The notes under the pieces: model-generated
Told to the model about the DNA's origin: nothing
The model's input: the letters and a program-made list of their open reading frames with translations, nothing else
Database searches by the model: none
Part shown: positions 18,510 through 28,335 of the stretch, piece by piece
Numbering within the stretch: the stretch's first letter is position 1
Layout of the letters: every line of letters begins with the position of its first letter
Translations under genes and position numbers: made by a program
Source of the DNA: Gammaproteobacteria bacterium
Lineage (GTDB): Bacteria; Pseudomonadota; Gammaproteobacteria; Arenicellales; UBA868
DNA length: 64,000 bases
NCBI GenBank assembly: GCA_022450155.1
Contig: JAKUQR010000014.1
Location: forward strand, 2,539 to 66,538
Direction of reading: 5' to 3'

Positions 18510-19466
18510 TCAGGCTTGAACAGAAGAAGCCACCTGACGAGCGATCACGTCGTCCGGGAATAAACCGGCCTTCATGACCTGTCCCGGCAGTGGATCATCG
18601 AAGTAGCCTTCTACCCAAGTCGCCACATTGATCAGCTGCGGCAGATCAATACCCGTTTCATAACCCATGTTGCGTAGGATATAAACCAGATCTTCGGTCG
18701 AAATATTACCGGTCGCCCGGGGTGCGAACGGGCATCCACCGATACCGCCAACAGAAGCATCAAGAATACGCACGCCCGACTCCACTGCGGCGACCGCGTT
18801 TGCTATTCCTGTGTTGCGGGTGTTATGGAAATGACAGCCGACAGCGACGGAGTCGCCCAGCGCCGACTGCAGCGCCTCCACACGCTGTCGAACCTGACTG
18901 GGCACCGCACAACCGATCGTATCGGCCAGCAGAATCTCGTCTACACCCAGGGCCTGCAGGCGAATGCCGATATCAACCACCGCTGAAGTCGTGACCTCGC
19001 CTTCAAACGGACAGCCAAAGGATGCGCCAATTACTGCCGAAAACACTTTGCTGGATGCATTGACCCGGCCAGCGATCGACTCCAGGCCGGTCATCGTCTC
19101 AGCGATGCTTGCCCCCTGGTTTTTTTGGTTGAAAGTCTCACTGGCGACCACCACGTAGCGCACCTCGTCGACACCCGCATCGAGTGCCCGTTCTACACCT
19201 TTCATATTAAGTGCAAGCCCTGCAATCCGCACGTTCACCTTGCGCTCTATCTGCGCCATGACTTTTTCCGCATCCGCCATTTGCGGCACCCGCTTTGGAT
19301 TGACAAAACTGACCGCCTCGATCCGCTGGATACCGGTATTCGCGAGACGATTGATAAGGTTAACTCGCTCAGCCACGCTCCAAATACGTTTTTCGCTCTG
19401 TAGCCCGTCACGCGCAGCGACATCACACACAGAAATACGGTTCTTACCGCTAGATGATGCCGTCAT
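18510..19466 (-). CDS. HMG-CoA lyase-like (DRE-TIM/HMGL-like) lyase
   Basis: DVAARDGLQ start and the HxH metal site (CHFHNTRNTG) typical of HMGL-like aldolases/lyases. Confidence 0.85.
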   Translation of the reverse strand: MTASSSGKNRISVCDVAARDGLQSEKRIWSVAERVNLINRLANTGIQRIEAVSFVNPKRVPQMADAEKVMAQIERKVNVRIAGLALNMKGVERALDAGVDEVRYVVVASETFNQKNQGASIAETMTGLESIAGRVNASSKVFSAVIGASFGCPFEGEVTTSAVVDIGIRLQALGVDEILLADTIGCAVPSQVRQRVEALQSALGDSVAVGCHFHNTRNTGIANAVAAVESGVRILDASVGGIGGCPFAPRATGNISTEDLVYILRNMGYETGIDLPQLINVATWVEGYFDDPLPGQVMKAGLFPDDVIARQVASSVQA

Positions 19467-20682
19467 TTTTCAGCTCCTGTAATTCAGCCTGGGTCATACC
19501 CAGCAGGCCGCAGTAGATCGCTTCATTGTGGGCGCCGACTTCAGATGAACCCAGCCACGCGGTCTCGCTCTTGGTTTCGCTCAGCACCGGAACAAAACCT
19601 GGCACCGCAATATCGCCAAGCTCATCATCCTGGTAACGCTGGATCATATCGCGGGCCTGATAGTGCGGGTCATTGGCGATGTCTTCTATCGTATAAATCG
19701 GACCGGATACCACGCCATACTGATCCAGTCGTGTATCCAGTTCGGTCGCTGTCAGTTCACGTGTCCAGTCGGCAATCCGGGCATCGAGTTCATCACAGTT
19801 CTCTCCGCGCGCCTGATGCGTATTGTATCGAGGGTCATCCGCCAGCTCCGGCTGCTCCATCGCATCACACAATCGTTTGAACATCGTATCCAGATTTGCC
19901 GCGATAACCACCCATTTTTCATCTTTGGTCGGAAATATATTCGACGGTGAGACATTGGCAAGGCCGGTGCCACTGGGCTGCCGGATAAAACCGACCTTGT
20001 CGTACTCCAGCAGTGCACTTTCCATCATTGCAAAGCACGACTCGGTGATGGAGGCATCAACAACCTGACCCTTGCCCTGGCCAATGGTATCGCGCCAGTA
20101 CAATGCCATTAGCACTCCCTGGGTCGCGAACAAGCCAGCCAGAGAATCACCCAGGGATATACCGGTTCGTGGGGGGGGTTGATTCGGAAACCCATTGATA
20201 TATCGAAGTCCACCCATCGCTTCACCGACACTGGCGAAGCCCGGTCGGTTCGAATAGGGACCTGTCTGCCCGAAACCGGATACACGCGCAATTACGAGCC
20301 CGGGGTTGATGGCATGCAGCGCCTCAGGCGCGAATCCCCACTTTTCCAGCGTTCCCGGCTTGAAATTCTCGACCAGCACATCTGCTGTTTCTATCAGCCG
20401 GCGCACCAGATCCTGACCCCGTTTTTCCCGAAGATTAGCCGAGACGGTTTTCTTGTTCCGCGCAAGAATTGGCCACCAGAGACTTCGACCCTTGTAACGA
20501 TGATGGCCCCAGTGCCGCATGGCATCACCCCGACCCGGGCTCTCGACTTTGATCACCTCGGCACCAAAATCGGCCATACGAGATCCGACGAAAGGCCCGG
20601 CCACAAGCTGTCCCATTTCGATCACCCGGACGCCGGATAGTGGCCCCTTCAACCGGTCATCAGCAGACGTGTGTTCAGCCAT
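19450..20682 (-). CDS. family III CoA-transferase (CaiB/BaiF family)
   Basis: GVRVIEMGQLVAGPF...ADFGAEVIKVE N-terminal signature of class III CoA transferases. The start was set at the internal ATG 20682 (MAEHTSADD...), which has an AGGA RBS. The gene overlaps the downstream lyase start by 17 nt. Confidence 0.85.
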   Translation of the reverse strand: MAEHTSADDRLKGPLSGVRVIEMGQLVAGPFVGSRMADFGAEVIKVESPGRGDAMRHWGHHRYKGRSLWWPILARNKKTVSANLREKRGQDLVRRLIETADVLVENFKPGTLEKWGFAPEALHAINPGLVIARVSGFGQTGPYSNRPGFASVGEAMGGLRYINGFPNQPPPRTGISLGDSLAGLFATQGVLMALYWRDTIGQGKGQVVDASITESCFAMMESALLEYDKVGFIRQPSGTGLANVSPSNIFPTKDEKWVVIAANLDTMFKRLCDAMEQPELADDPRYNTHQARGENCDELDARIADWTRELTATELDTRLDQYGVVSGPIYTIEDIANDPHYQARDMIQRYQDDELGDIAVPGFVPVLSETKSETAWLGSSEVGAHNEAIYCGLLGMTQAELQELKNDGII

Positions 20683-20779
20683 CAGCGCATCCTTACAGCG
20701 TGTCGTGGATCGTGTGATTGTATAGAAAGCAGCGGTTCTATTCCCATTGCATTGTTTCCGACCGTTACTGCCATCCTGC

Positions 20780-21583
20780 TCAATGCTTTTCGAGAAAAGA
20801 AAACAGAATATTGCAAAACTCAATCTTCTGGGCTTTGCCCGCAACCACATGTGCCGTGTTTTCCATCGTCACACCTTCAGCGCCAGAAATACCCTGTTCA
20901 ATCGGCAACGTGGTTCGTGGGCTGGTGACCATGTCCTTCGCTGCATGGATCACCAGCGTCGGTGTAGTGATATCTTTAAGTCTATTGGTCGTATCGTGTG
21001 TAAGGCAGGCATCAACCAACCGTTCGTGGGTCACATAGTTGTCTCTCAGTTCGCCCCACTCGCCGTCCGGACCAAGCAACCGATGCTTGTTCTGGTTGTA
21101 GAACTCCGGCAGAAAGGAGTAGATACAGACGAACTGCTGAAAAGCATAGAAACCGACTTCCCGATGCACTGTTCTGAACAGTTTCAGCTGATCACGAAGG
21201 TAGTCATCAACCGACGACCATGCCCCCATATTCACCATGCTTCTCACCAGTTCAGGTCGACTCAGTGCAACCTCCTGTGCCACACCACAACCCATACCGA
21301 CCAGGCCGATGAGATGTACCTGTTGCCAACCCAGTTGATCAAGCAGACCGATAAGATCAGCCGCGTAAAGTTTCATCGAGGCGGGAATATGCAGATCATC
21401 TCTGGATTGAGCGATACCGCGATAATCAAAAACCAGTACTTGATATCTGTCGGTCAGTCCCCGGGCCAGGCCGCGACCATCTTTGTGACAATAAGTCCCC
21501 CAGCCTCCCATACAGACTGCGGGTTCACCTTCACCGTGTATCTCGTAGTACACCTGAATGTTATTGACTGTGGCAATAGGCAA
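20780..21583 (-). CDS. alpha/beta-hydrolase fold protein
   Basis: ATVNNIQVYYEIHGEGEP... N-terminus, a GxGxG nucleophile-elbow region (GLVGMGCG) and a C-terminal His. The long 354-aa ORF to 21844 has a Cys/Arg/Trp-rich N-terminus that looks non-coding. The start is provisionally TTG at 21583. Confidence 0.6.
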   Translation of the reverse strand: MPIATVNNIQVYYEIHGEGEPAVCMGGWGTYCHKDGRGLARGLTDRYQVLVFDYRGIAQSRDDLHIPASMKLYAADLIGLLDQLGWQQVHLIGLVGMGCGVAQEVALSRPELVRSMVNMGAWSSVDDYLRDQLKLFRTVHREVGFYAFQQFVCIYSFLPEFYNQNKHRLLGPDGEWGELRDNYVTHERLVDACLTHDTTNRLKDITTPTLVIHAAKDMVTSPRTTLPIEQGISGAEGVTMENTAHVVAGKAQKIEFCNILFSFLEKH

Positions 21584-21815
21584 CTTAATTCTACTTTTGT
21601 TTTCTGTATCGCCTCTGTAGAGTTGGCATCGCCAGCCATCGCGTCCGTAGCGCGCATCGGGCCCTGAATGCCAAATCCAACCGACAGCTCGGCATCTTAA
21701 AAGGTAAGGGTCACCCAATTCAACCAAAGAGGTACGGCAACGCACTTGGCACGGGGCCACCTGTGTTATGGTGACTGACTCTGGCTGAATACTACAAACG
21801 TCGAGGTCTAGCGGC

Positions 21816-23213
21816 GTGGATACCTCTGTCTTTTCTCGGACCATCCAGGAACAACGAAAAGCCCTGGTTGAGGATCGCCTGTCGTCTGTCGAATTGGTGG
21901 CGCTCTATCTGGCCCGTATAGATCGATTTAACACCAAGTTAAATGCTTTTGCGGCAGTTTTTGCCGAAGAAGCGCTGCGAGCAGCGGCAGAAGCGGACGA
22001 AGCCAGGGCACTTGGTAAATCGACTGGCGTATTGGAGGGGATACCCTTTGGTCTTAAAGACATCATTGAATACCAAGACCACCCTGCGAGCTGGGGCAGC
22101 CGTGCGCTGGAGGGTCGGCGGTCACCCATGTCCGCCACAGTGGTGCAAAAGCTGCAGGACGCCGGTGCCATTATCATTGGCAAAACCCAGTCAGTTGAGT
22201 TTGCCTTGGGCGGCTGGGGCACCAATCAATATTTGGGTGCCCCCTGGAATCCATGGGATCTCGAAACCCATCGCGTGCCCGGTGGGTCCAGCAGTGGATC
22301 TGGGGTTGCCGTCGCGGCCGGATTGATCTCGGCTGCCCTGGGAACAGACACGGGCGGATCGGTACGACTGCCGTCCGCTTTCTGCGGTCTGGTTGGACTG
22401 AAACCCACTTTCGGACGAATCTCCAACCATGGTGTCATGCCGCTGTCACACACACTGGACACGGTCGGTCCGCTGGCACGCAGCGTGGCCGATGCGGCCC
22501 TGATTTATGACGTTCTCCAAGGTCCGGATCCCAACCACACCGATACCCTTTATCAACCGCCCGATAATTCGCCTCTTGAACTGAAAGAGGACCTTGCTGG
22601 TTTTTGTCTTGCCGCTTTGCCTGACGAGGAAAGGCGAGTCTGTTCCGATGATGTGAATCACGCTTACGATCGCACGTTGAAACACGCCGAAGATCTAGGT
22701 GCAACAATTATCATCCAGGGGCTACCCCACTCGTTTGAAACCTACCGCAATCTCTCTAATGTTGTGATCAGTGCGGAAGGCTATGCCCATGCCGCTGAAC
22801 TGGTTGACCAGACTGACCTGCCGATTGGCGATGCAACACTTCAAAGGATCCTACCGGGAAAAACCTGTTCAGCCAGGGATTACCTGAATGCCATGATGCA
22901 GTTCCAGCACTGGCGGGCAGAATTCAAAGCGCAGATGGCAGGGATCGATGCCCTGCTGACACCAACCACCACCGGGCCTGCTATACCCGTCGTCGACGTC
23001 GATGAACAACTGCTGCCCGCTCACTACACACGGGCTACAAACGTTTTGGGACTGTGCGCTCTGGCCATTCCCAATGGCCTGTCGAAAGAAGGACTCCCTC
23101 TATCGCTGTGCGTACATGGTCATCCATATACGGAATCCACAATACTCAGAATCGGCTGGTCACTGGAACAACAGTTCAAGGCACTGGTACCGTCACCCCC
23201 TGGTCTGGGCTGA
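21816..23213 (+). CDS. amidase-signature (AS) family amidase
   Basis: [14 protein letters not shown]...GTDTGGSVRLPSAFCG amidase signature with the Ser-cisSer-Lys triad context. 465 aa. GTG start. Confidence 0.85.
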   Translation: MDTSVFSRTIQEQRKALVEDRLSSVELVALYLARIDRFNTKLNAFAAVFAEEALRAAAEADEARALGKSTGVLEGIPFGLKDIIEYQDHPASWGSRALEGRRSPMSATVVQKLQDAGAIIIGKTQSVEFALGGWGTNQYLGAPWNPWDLETHRVPGGSSSGSGVAVAAGLISAALGTDTGGSVRLPSAFCGLVGLKPTFGRISNHGVMPLSHTLDTVGPLARSVADAALIYDVLQGPDPNHTDTLYQPPDNSPLELKEDLAGFCLAALPDEERRVCSDDVNHAYDRTLKHAEDLGATIIIQGLPHSFETYRNLSNVVISAEGYAHAAELVDQTDLPIGDATLQRILPGKTCSARDYLNAMMQFQHWRAEFKAQMAGIDALLTPTTTGPAIPVVDVDEQLLPAHYTRATNVLGLCALAIPNGLSKEGLPLSLCVHGHPYTESTILRIGWSLEQQFKALVPSPPGLG

Positions 23214-23256
23214 ATCTATTTGACGAATCAACGACCGGACCGAGCCGGAAACAGCG

Positions 23257-24156
23257 CTAGAGCAACGCCAGCATATTAGCGGCACTGCTGCTGCCCACAA
23301 TCGGGCCGGCCTCAACATTGAAATGCCTGATGACCCCATCATCCAGGATCATGGCATAACGCTTGGAACGCTTACCCAGACCAAAATCAGCGAGATCCAA
23401 GGCCAGACCCATTGCCCGAGTAAAGCTGCCGTCACCATCAGCCACCATACGGATGCGCCCCTTCACCTCATGCGCCTGTCCCCAAGCATCCATCACAAAG
23501 GGATCGTTGACTGCAATACAGACAACACTGTCTGCGCCCCGACTACGTAAGTCGGCGTAGTTGTTTAGGAACCCGGGCAGATGTTCAGCTGAACAGGTCG
23601 GTGTGTATGCCCCGGGCACGCCGAACAACACCACCTGCTGACTGGAGAAAAGTGTTTCGCTGCGTATGATTTCTGGCGCCTGTTCAACCAGCTCAAATAC
23701 ATTGGCATCGGGTACCTGATCACCGATCAAACGTCTTGAATCGAGATAGCTCAGCAGGTCTTCCAATTCAGTCTTCAGAGGCCGGCCAAGTGACCACTTC
23801 ACCACCCTACCAGCTGGATTGATCAGACAGAACTCGGGTTTTCCTGTCCCAACCAGCTTAGGCTTAAGTTCAGCGATAAGTTGACCGTCTGGATCACTCA
23901 GCACGTCAAAGAACAATTCAAAACGATCTGCAAACTGTCGATTCGCAGCCGTGTTTTGCCGGGTTACGGTGATGATCTTAGTATTACGAGCTGTAAATTC
24001 GGTGTAGTCCTCGCCCAACCAGTTCCAGACCTCTGAATCACCTGGCGCAGGAAATCCATCCAACCATAGCACCAACACGTGATGCCCTGCGTTATCTGCA
24101 AGTGCCGTCGGTATTCCGTACTGATTTGTAGGCATATGTTTCGAGGCCGCTCGCAT
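23257..24156 (-). CDS. peroxiredoxin (Prx5-type) with an N-terminal degenerate, Cys-less redoxin-like domain
   Basis: The C-terminal half carries PGAYTPTCS, the Prx5 peroxidatic-Cys motif. The N-terminal ~140 aa resemble an AhpC/TSA fold but have no cysteine. Confidence 0.7.
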   Translation of the reverse strand: MRAASKHMPTNQYGIPTALADNAGHHVLVLWLDGFPAPGDSEVWNWLGEDYTEFTARNTKIITVTRQNTAANRQFADRFELFFDVLSDPDGQLIAELKPKLVGTGKPEFCLINPAGRVVKWSLGRPLKTELEDLLSYLDSRRLIGDQVPDANVFELVEQAPEIIRSETLFSSQQVVLFGVPGAYTPTCSAEHLPGFLNNYADLRSRGADSVVCIAVNDPFVMDAWGQAHEVKGRIRMVADGDGSFTRAMGLALDLADFGLGKRSKRYAMILDDGVIRHFNVEAGPIVGSSSAANMLALL

Positions 24157-24196
24157 CGATGGAAACCAAACCTTCCGATGTCCTGGGAATTGATGC

Positions 24197-24643
24197 TCAG
24201 AGATACTCGATACACTGCCTCAAGGCATCGTCTACAGCAGACTCGTAGGCGGCGGACTCCGCCTCTCGCTCGTTTCGATATTCACCGTTCTCAGTCGTGG
24301 GAATCATCGCTGAACCGAACTGCGCTTTATGGATTTTATGGCTGAGCAGTTCGAGACGGCACAACACAATCACTTCGTTGTCCTGTCGACGACGATCTCG
24401 AATCTCATAACGCCAGGCATCGGGAAAATGCTGATTAAGCCACACGGCGGATTGCCCTTCGCCAATACTCTGTCTATCCAGACCTTCTGACCAGGTTGAT
24501 TCTTCCTCAATCTCGGCCACCTGGTTGACCGACCGGGGCGGTGTTGCACCTGACTGGCCGTATAACTCATTCAGTTGCTGTCGGTTACCTTCGATCAGCG
24601 CATCGAATGAGTCGAGTAAATCGCGAGTTGAACCGGGGCTCAC
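24197..24643 (-). CDS. small protein consisting of the uncharacterised HyuB-associated domain (stand-alone copy)
   Basis: 148 aa. The core ...WLNQHFPDAWRYEIRDRRRQDNEVIVLCRLEL...AAYESAVDDALRQC... is homologous to the N-terminal 140 aa of ORF 28336..30636 and to the C-terminal ~75 aa of ORF 39786..41930. Confidence 0.6.
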   Translation of the reverse strand: MSPGSTRDLLDSFDALIEGNRQQLNELYGQSGATPPRSVNQVAEIEEESTWSEGLDRQSIGEGQSAVWLNQHFPDAWRYEIRDRRRQDNEVIVLCRLELLSHKIHKAQFGSAMIPTTENGEYRNEREAESAAYESAVDDALRQCIEYL

Positions 24644-24670
24644 TGTTTTTCCTTTTCTAACTGGCTAACT

Positions 24671-25390
24671 TCAACTGCTGATAGACGTTGGCGGTGCAGC
24701 CTGCCACCAGCCGCGAAAATCATTATCCGCTTCTGCCGCGTCACCACCTTCTTCTACGAGTGAGCAAAGATACGACAACACGTCCTGTTCGGATTCAACA
24801 TCGCAGTATTTGGCATCCATATCAAACAGGTTCGCGTGGTGGGGCCCATCGGCCCGATCACCAACGCCCTCACGCACGACAATAGTCTGAAATCCATATT
24901 GCAGAGAATCGACGGCTGATGCCCGAACACAGCCGCTGGTCGTACAGCCGGTAATGATCACGGTGTCCACACCCATTCCACGAAAATACACATCCAGCTC
25001 AGTCCCGAAAAACGAGCTGGCAAATTTCTTGACGATCACATGTTCACCTTCTTGCGGTGCAATTCGATCATCGATCTCAACCAGGTCTGACCCTTCCACC
25101 AGTATCGACAACGAGGGTACTTTTTTTATAAACACACCGGCATCACGGTAGTCCGGCTGATAGGCAACCGTCGTGTAGACGACAGGCAACCGGCCTCGGC
25201 GGAATTCAGTCAGTAGCCTGGCCGTCGTCGCCAACTGCTGGTCAAAGTTCCCACCCAGAGGGGACTTGGGGTCGGTGAATCCATTGCTGAAATCGATAAT
25301 GAGCAGTGCCGGCTTGCTGCCATAACCAGACCGACCTGCAAGCCCTTTGCTCAAGTAGTCCTCACGAGTGCTGTCCTGCCAGTCGTTCAT
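24671..25390 (-). CDS. isochorismatase-family cysteine hydrolase, module 2
   Basis: IITGCTTSGCVRASAVD motif. Paralogous to 17818..18459 and 44113..44793. Confidence 0.85.
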   Translation of the reverse strand: MNDWQDSTREDYLSKGLAGRSGYGSKPALLIIDFSNGFTDPKSPLGGNFDQQLATTARLLTEFRRGRLPVVYTTVAYQPDYRDAGVFIKKVPSLSILVEGSDLVEIDDRIAPQEGEHVIVKKFASSFFGTELDVYFRGMGVDTVIITGCTTSGCVRASAVDSLQYGFQTIVVREGVGDRADGPHHANLFDMDAKYCDVESEQDVLSYLCSLVEEGGDAAEADNDFRGWWQAAPPTSISS

Positions 25391-25427
25391 TACTGCTATC
25401 CAAGTTCCTCAGAAAATACGATCAGGC

Positions 25428-25940
25428 TTACCTTGAAGCCCTGGGTGGTGTCCATCGGTGACGCCAACCGAGTCTGAATGCCCTTACGACCCGATGCAAT
25501 AGATAAAAGAGCACTGCCAAAACAACCAACAGGAAGATCGATAACAGGCGGCGGCCAAACTCCGCATCAATGACAGAACCGTCATTCATGAGGTGAACGC
25601 CCAGCATCTCCACCGCCTGAATAGTTGCACCTGCACACAGGATGACAGCCACCAGTACAGCGATCTGTAAAGTGTCAAAGACCAGATCCTGTGCATTCGA
25701 TTCTGTTACACCTTGGAATATGCTCTTTCTGAAAGACTGCCAGTGAGACACCGCAAAACTGACTACCGCCACAAGAGAGGCAAACCAGAACAAAATATTC
25801 GAAAAGTGTATGCGGGGAATGTTGTCGAGCAGATACTGCTCGAATGGTCTATAAAAAAGCAGGAACATGATCAATATGACAATTACAACCAACCCGATCC
25901 ACGAACGCGGCTCCTGCCACCGGCTTTTAGCTTCTTCCAT
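25428..25940 (-). CDS. four-helix integral membrane protein, uncharacterised family (paralogue of 38030..38497)
   Basis: Four hydrophobic segments. Shared motifs with 38030..38497 include WQ..W, FLLF.QPFE, HW.A.K, GATLQAV and FG.R. Confidence 0.65.
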   Translation of the reverse strand: MEEAKSRWQEPRSWIGLVVIVILIMFLLFYRPFEQYLLDNIPRIHFSNILFWFASLVAVVSFAVSHWQSFRKSIFQGVTESNAQDLVFDTLQIAVLVAVILCAGATIQAVEMLGVHLMNDGSVIDAEFGRRLLSIFLLVVLAVLFYLLHRVVRAFRLGWRHRWTPPRASR

Positions 25941-26254
25941 CAGTGTACTGACCCCCTCGTTGTGAAATACCGGGATTGATGTCTGTCCAGGCCCAGCCTA
26001 GCTCATATGCCAGTCACCAATGATAATTCAAGGACAGAACAAAGCCAAATTCTTGCCCAAGCCTGGACCTGCGCTGAGTAAGCGCCCTGATCCAAGACCG
26101 ATCAGAAAGATATCCCAGGCCCTTCTTTTCCTTGTTAGGCCTTCCAGCAAGTACCATTCTGTTGTAGATTTGTTTAGTTACAAACGGCAGTTAATAAATA
26201 ACAGTAACTCGAAGGATGGGCCTCGGCCCGCACTTCAGGGAGACTTAATCCGGC

Positions 26255-28321
26255 ATGTCTATTCGCCTGGGCATTGATGTTGGCGGTACGTTTACAGATT
26301 TACTTCTTTTCGACGAGGGGAAGGAAACGTTCCACCTGCATAAAACCCTGTCAACACCGGAAGACCAGTCTGTCGGCATTCTGGACGGTATACGCTCGCT
26401 TCTCGATCAGGCAAACCTCTCACCGGACGATATCCAATCCATACTGCACGGGACGACGGTGGCAACCAACATCGTGCTGGAAGAAAAAGGTGCCCGAGTT
26501 GGACTGCTGGTCACAGAAAACTTCGAGCAAGTCCTGCATCTGGCACGTTCGCAGACACCTGGGCCGTTGGCCGGCTGGATCACAATGGAAAAGCCACAGC
26601 CCCTGGCGGATCTAGAACTGACACGAGGCGTACCGGAACGGATCAACGCACAAGGTGAGATCCTGCAGCCACTCGATGAAAGTCGTGCGCGAGAGATGAC
26701 AGATGAACTTGTCCGCAATGGTGCGGATTCAATCACGATCTCACTTCTTCATGCGTATGCGAACCCCGTTCACGAACTAAGGCTCAGAGACGTTGTTGCG
26801 AGCGCCTATCCGGACCTGCCTATTTCTCTGTCATCAGAAATACTGCCGGAATTTCGGGAGTATGAACGCACGCTGGTGACCGTCATGAACGCTTATGTCA
26901 GACCCGGCATGCGGCGTTATCTTGATAATTTTCGTCATAAACTTGAAAACGAACGATTCAATTCCCGACTCCACATCGTGAGATCCGACAGCGGTCTGAT
27001 GGGTGTAGAACGAGCGATGGAATTGCCCGTCTACACCTTGCTTTCCGGCCCTGCCGGTGGCGTTGCCGGCGCCGCACATGTGTCGGGGCTCGCCGGATTC
27101 CCCAATGCTCTGGGGTTCGACATGGGTGGCACTTCTACCGATGTTTCTCTTATTCAGGACGGTGAGCCCACCTCGTCCCGTCAAACCTCACTGGGTAGAT
27201 ACCCCGTTAAGATTCCGTCGATCGAAGTACACAGTGTGGGTGCGGGTGGCGGCTCGATCGCACACGTACCGATGACCGGCGCTATTCGCGTTGGCCCCGA
27301 AAGTGCCGGCGCTTTCCCGGGGCCAGCCTGTTATGGCAAAGGTGGTACTGCCGCCACGGTGACTGACGCCAACGTCGTGTTAGGACGACTCCCCGAATCT
27401 CTGCTGGGTGGCCGTATGCCACTGGACACCAAGGCAGCCGAGGATGTAGTTGGCGCCTTAGGACACCCGCTCAATCTTGACCTGTACGAAACCGCTCAGG
27501 GCATTATCGATATCGTCAATGAAAATATGTTTGGCGCTTTGCGGCTGACCACTGTTCAGCGGGGGCTGGACCTGCGCAACTTCAGTCTCGTGCCATTCGG
27601 TGGCGCCGGCCCTCTGCATGCGAATGCGCTGGCAATGCTTGGTCAATGCTACCCTATCATTGTGCCGCTGACACCCGGTGTATTGTCGGCGCTTGGTTTT
27701 CTCAATTCGAGTATCCGCCATGAAGCGTCTCGGACGTTGATCCGGAATCTCGATGATATAGAGCCGAACCGTATTGAACAGATCACATCACAACTCGAAA
27801 ACAAAGTCGGGCAGTGGCTGAAAGAGGAAGGCATCGCCCTTACTGATCAGGCCATCCGATATGAGATCGACCTGCGCTACCTGCCTCAGGGCCATGAACT
27901 GTCGCTCATGTTTCAGGTACACGATCTAGAGAACAACCTACAGACGCTCAGAAGTCGCTTTGATACCCGGCATCAGGAACTCTACGGCTTTCAGGTTGAA
28001 AGCCCCGTCGAAATTGTCAACCTGCGGGTGATTGGAATCGGCCAGGTCGCGGACATCAAACCACCCAAGATGGTGGAGGAAAGCCCTGACGCGTCAGCGG
28101 CAATGACCGATGAACGACCGGTCTATTTTGACAAAAAATCCCATACAACTGCGGTCTACGAGCGGAATATTCTGAAAGCCGGCAACGAAATAGCCGGTCC
28201 CGCGCTGATCAGTCAAACGGACTCGACGACGCTGGTCCATCCGGACCATCTGGCCAGAATCGATGAATACCTCAATCTTGTTATCAGTCCGATAACCGAG
28301 TCAACGCAGGCGACACATTAG
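26255..28321 (+). CDS. hyuA: hydantoinase A/oxoprolinase family protein (HyuA), module 2
   Basis: MSIRLGIDVGGTFTDLLL... canonical HyuA start. 688 aa. GGAGA RBS. Confidence 0.9.
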   Translation: MSIRLGIDVGGTFTDLLLFDEGKETFHLHKTLSTPEDQSVGILDGIRSLLDQANLSPDDIQSILHGTTVATNIVLEEKGARVGLLVTENFEQVLHLARSQTPGPLAGWITMEKPQPLADLELTRGVPERINAQGEILQPLDESRAREMTDELVRNGADSITISLLHAYANPVHELRLRDVVASAYPDLPISLSSEILPEFREYERTLVTVMNAYVRPGMRRYLDNFRHKLENERFNSRLHIVRSDSGLMGVERAMELPVYTLLSGPAGGVAGAAHVSGLAGFPNALGFDMGGTSTDVSLIQDGEPTSSRQTSLGRYPVKIPSIEVHSVGAGGGSIAHVPMTGAIRVGPESAGAFPGPACYGKGGTAATVTDANVVLGRLPESLLGGRMPLDTKAAEDVVGALGHPLNLDLYETAQGIIDIVNENMFGALRLTTVQRGLDLRNFSLVPFGGAGPLHANALAMLGQCYPIIVPLTPGVLSALGFLNSSIRHEASRTLIRNLDDIEPNRIEQITSQLENKVGQWLKEEGIALTDQAIRYEIDLRYLPQGHELSLMFQVHDLENNLQTLRSRFDTRHQELYGFQVESPVEIVNLRVIGIGQVADIKPPKMVEESPDASAAMTDERPVYFDKKSHTTAVYERNILKAGNEIAGPALISQTDSTTLVHPDHLARIDEYLNLVISPITESTQATH

Positions 28322-28335
28322 AGAGAAGACTGCCC

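Noticed and set aside
20747-21667. 306-aa plus-strand ORF antisense to the alpha/beta-hydrolase gene. Similar long antisense ORFs lie at 14013..15224, 53456..54307, 60231..60986, 5412..6044 and 29789..30334.
   Set aside because: These are shadow ORFs typical of GC-rich coding regions. Each lies opposite a gene with strong family motifs and has a low-complexity, Arg/His/Cys-rich composition with no recognisable domain.
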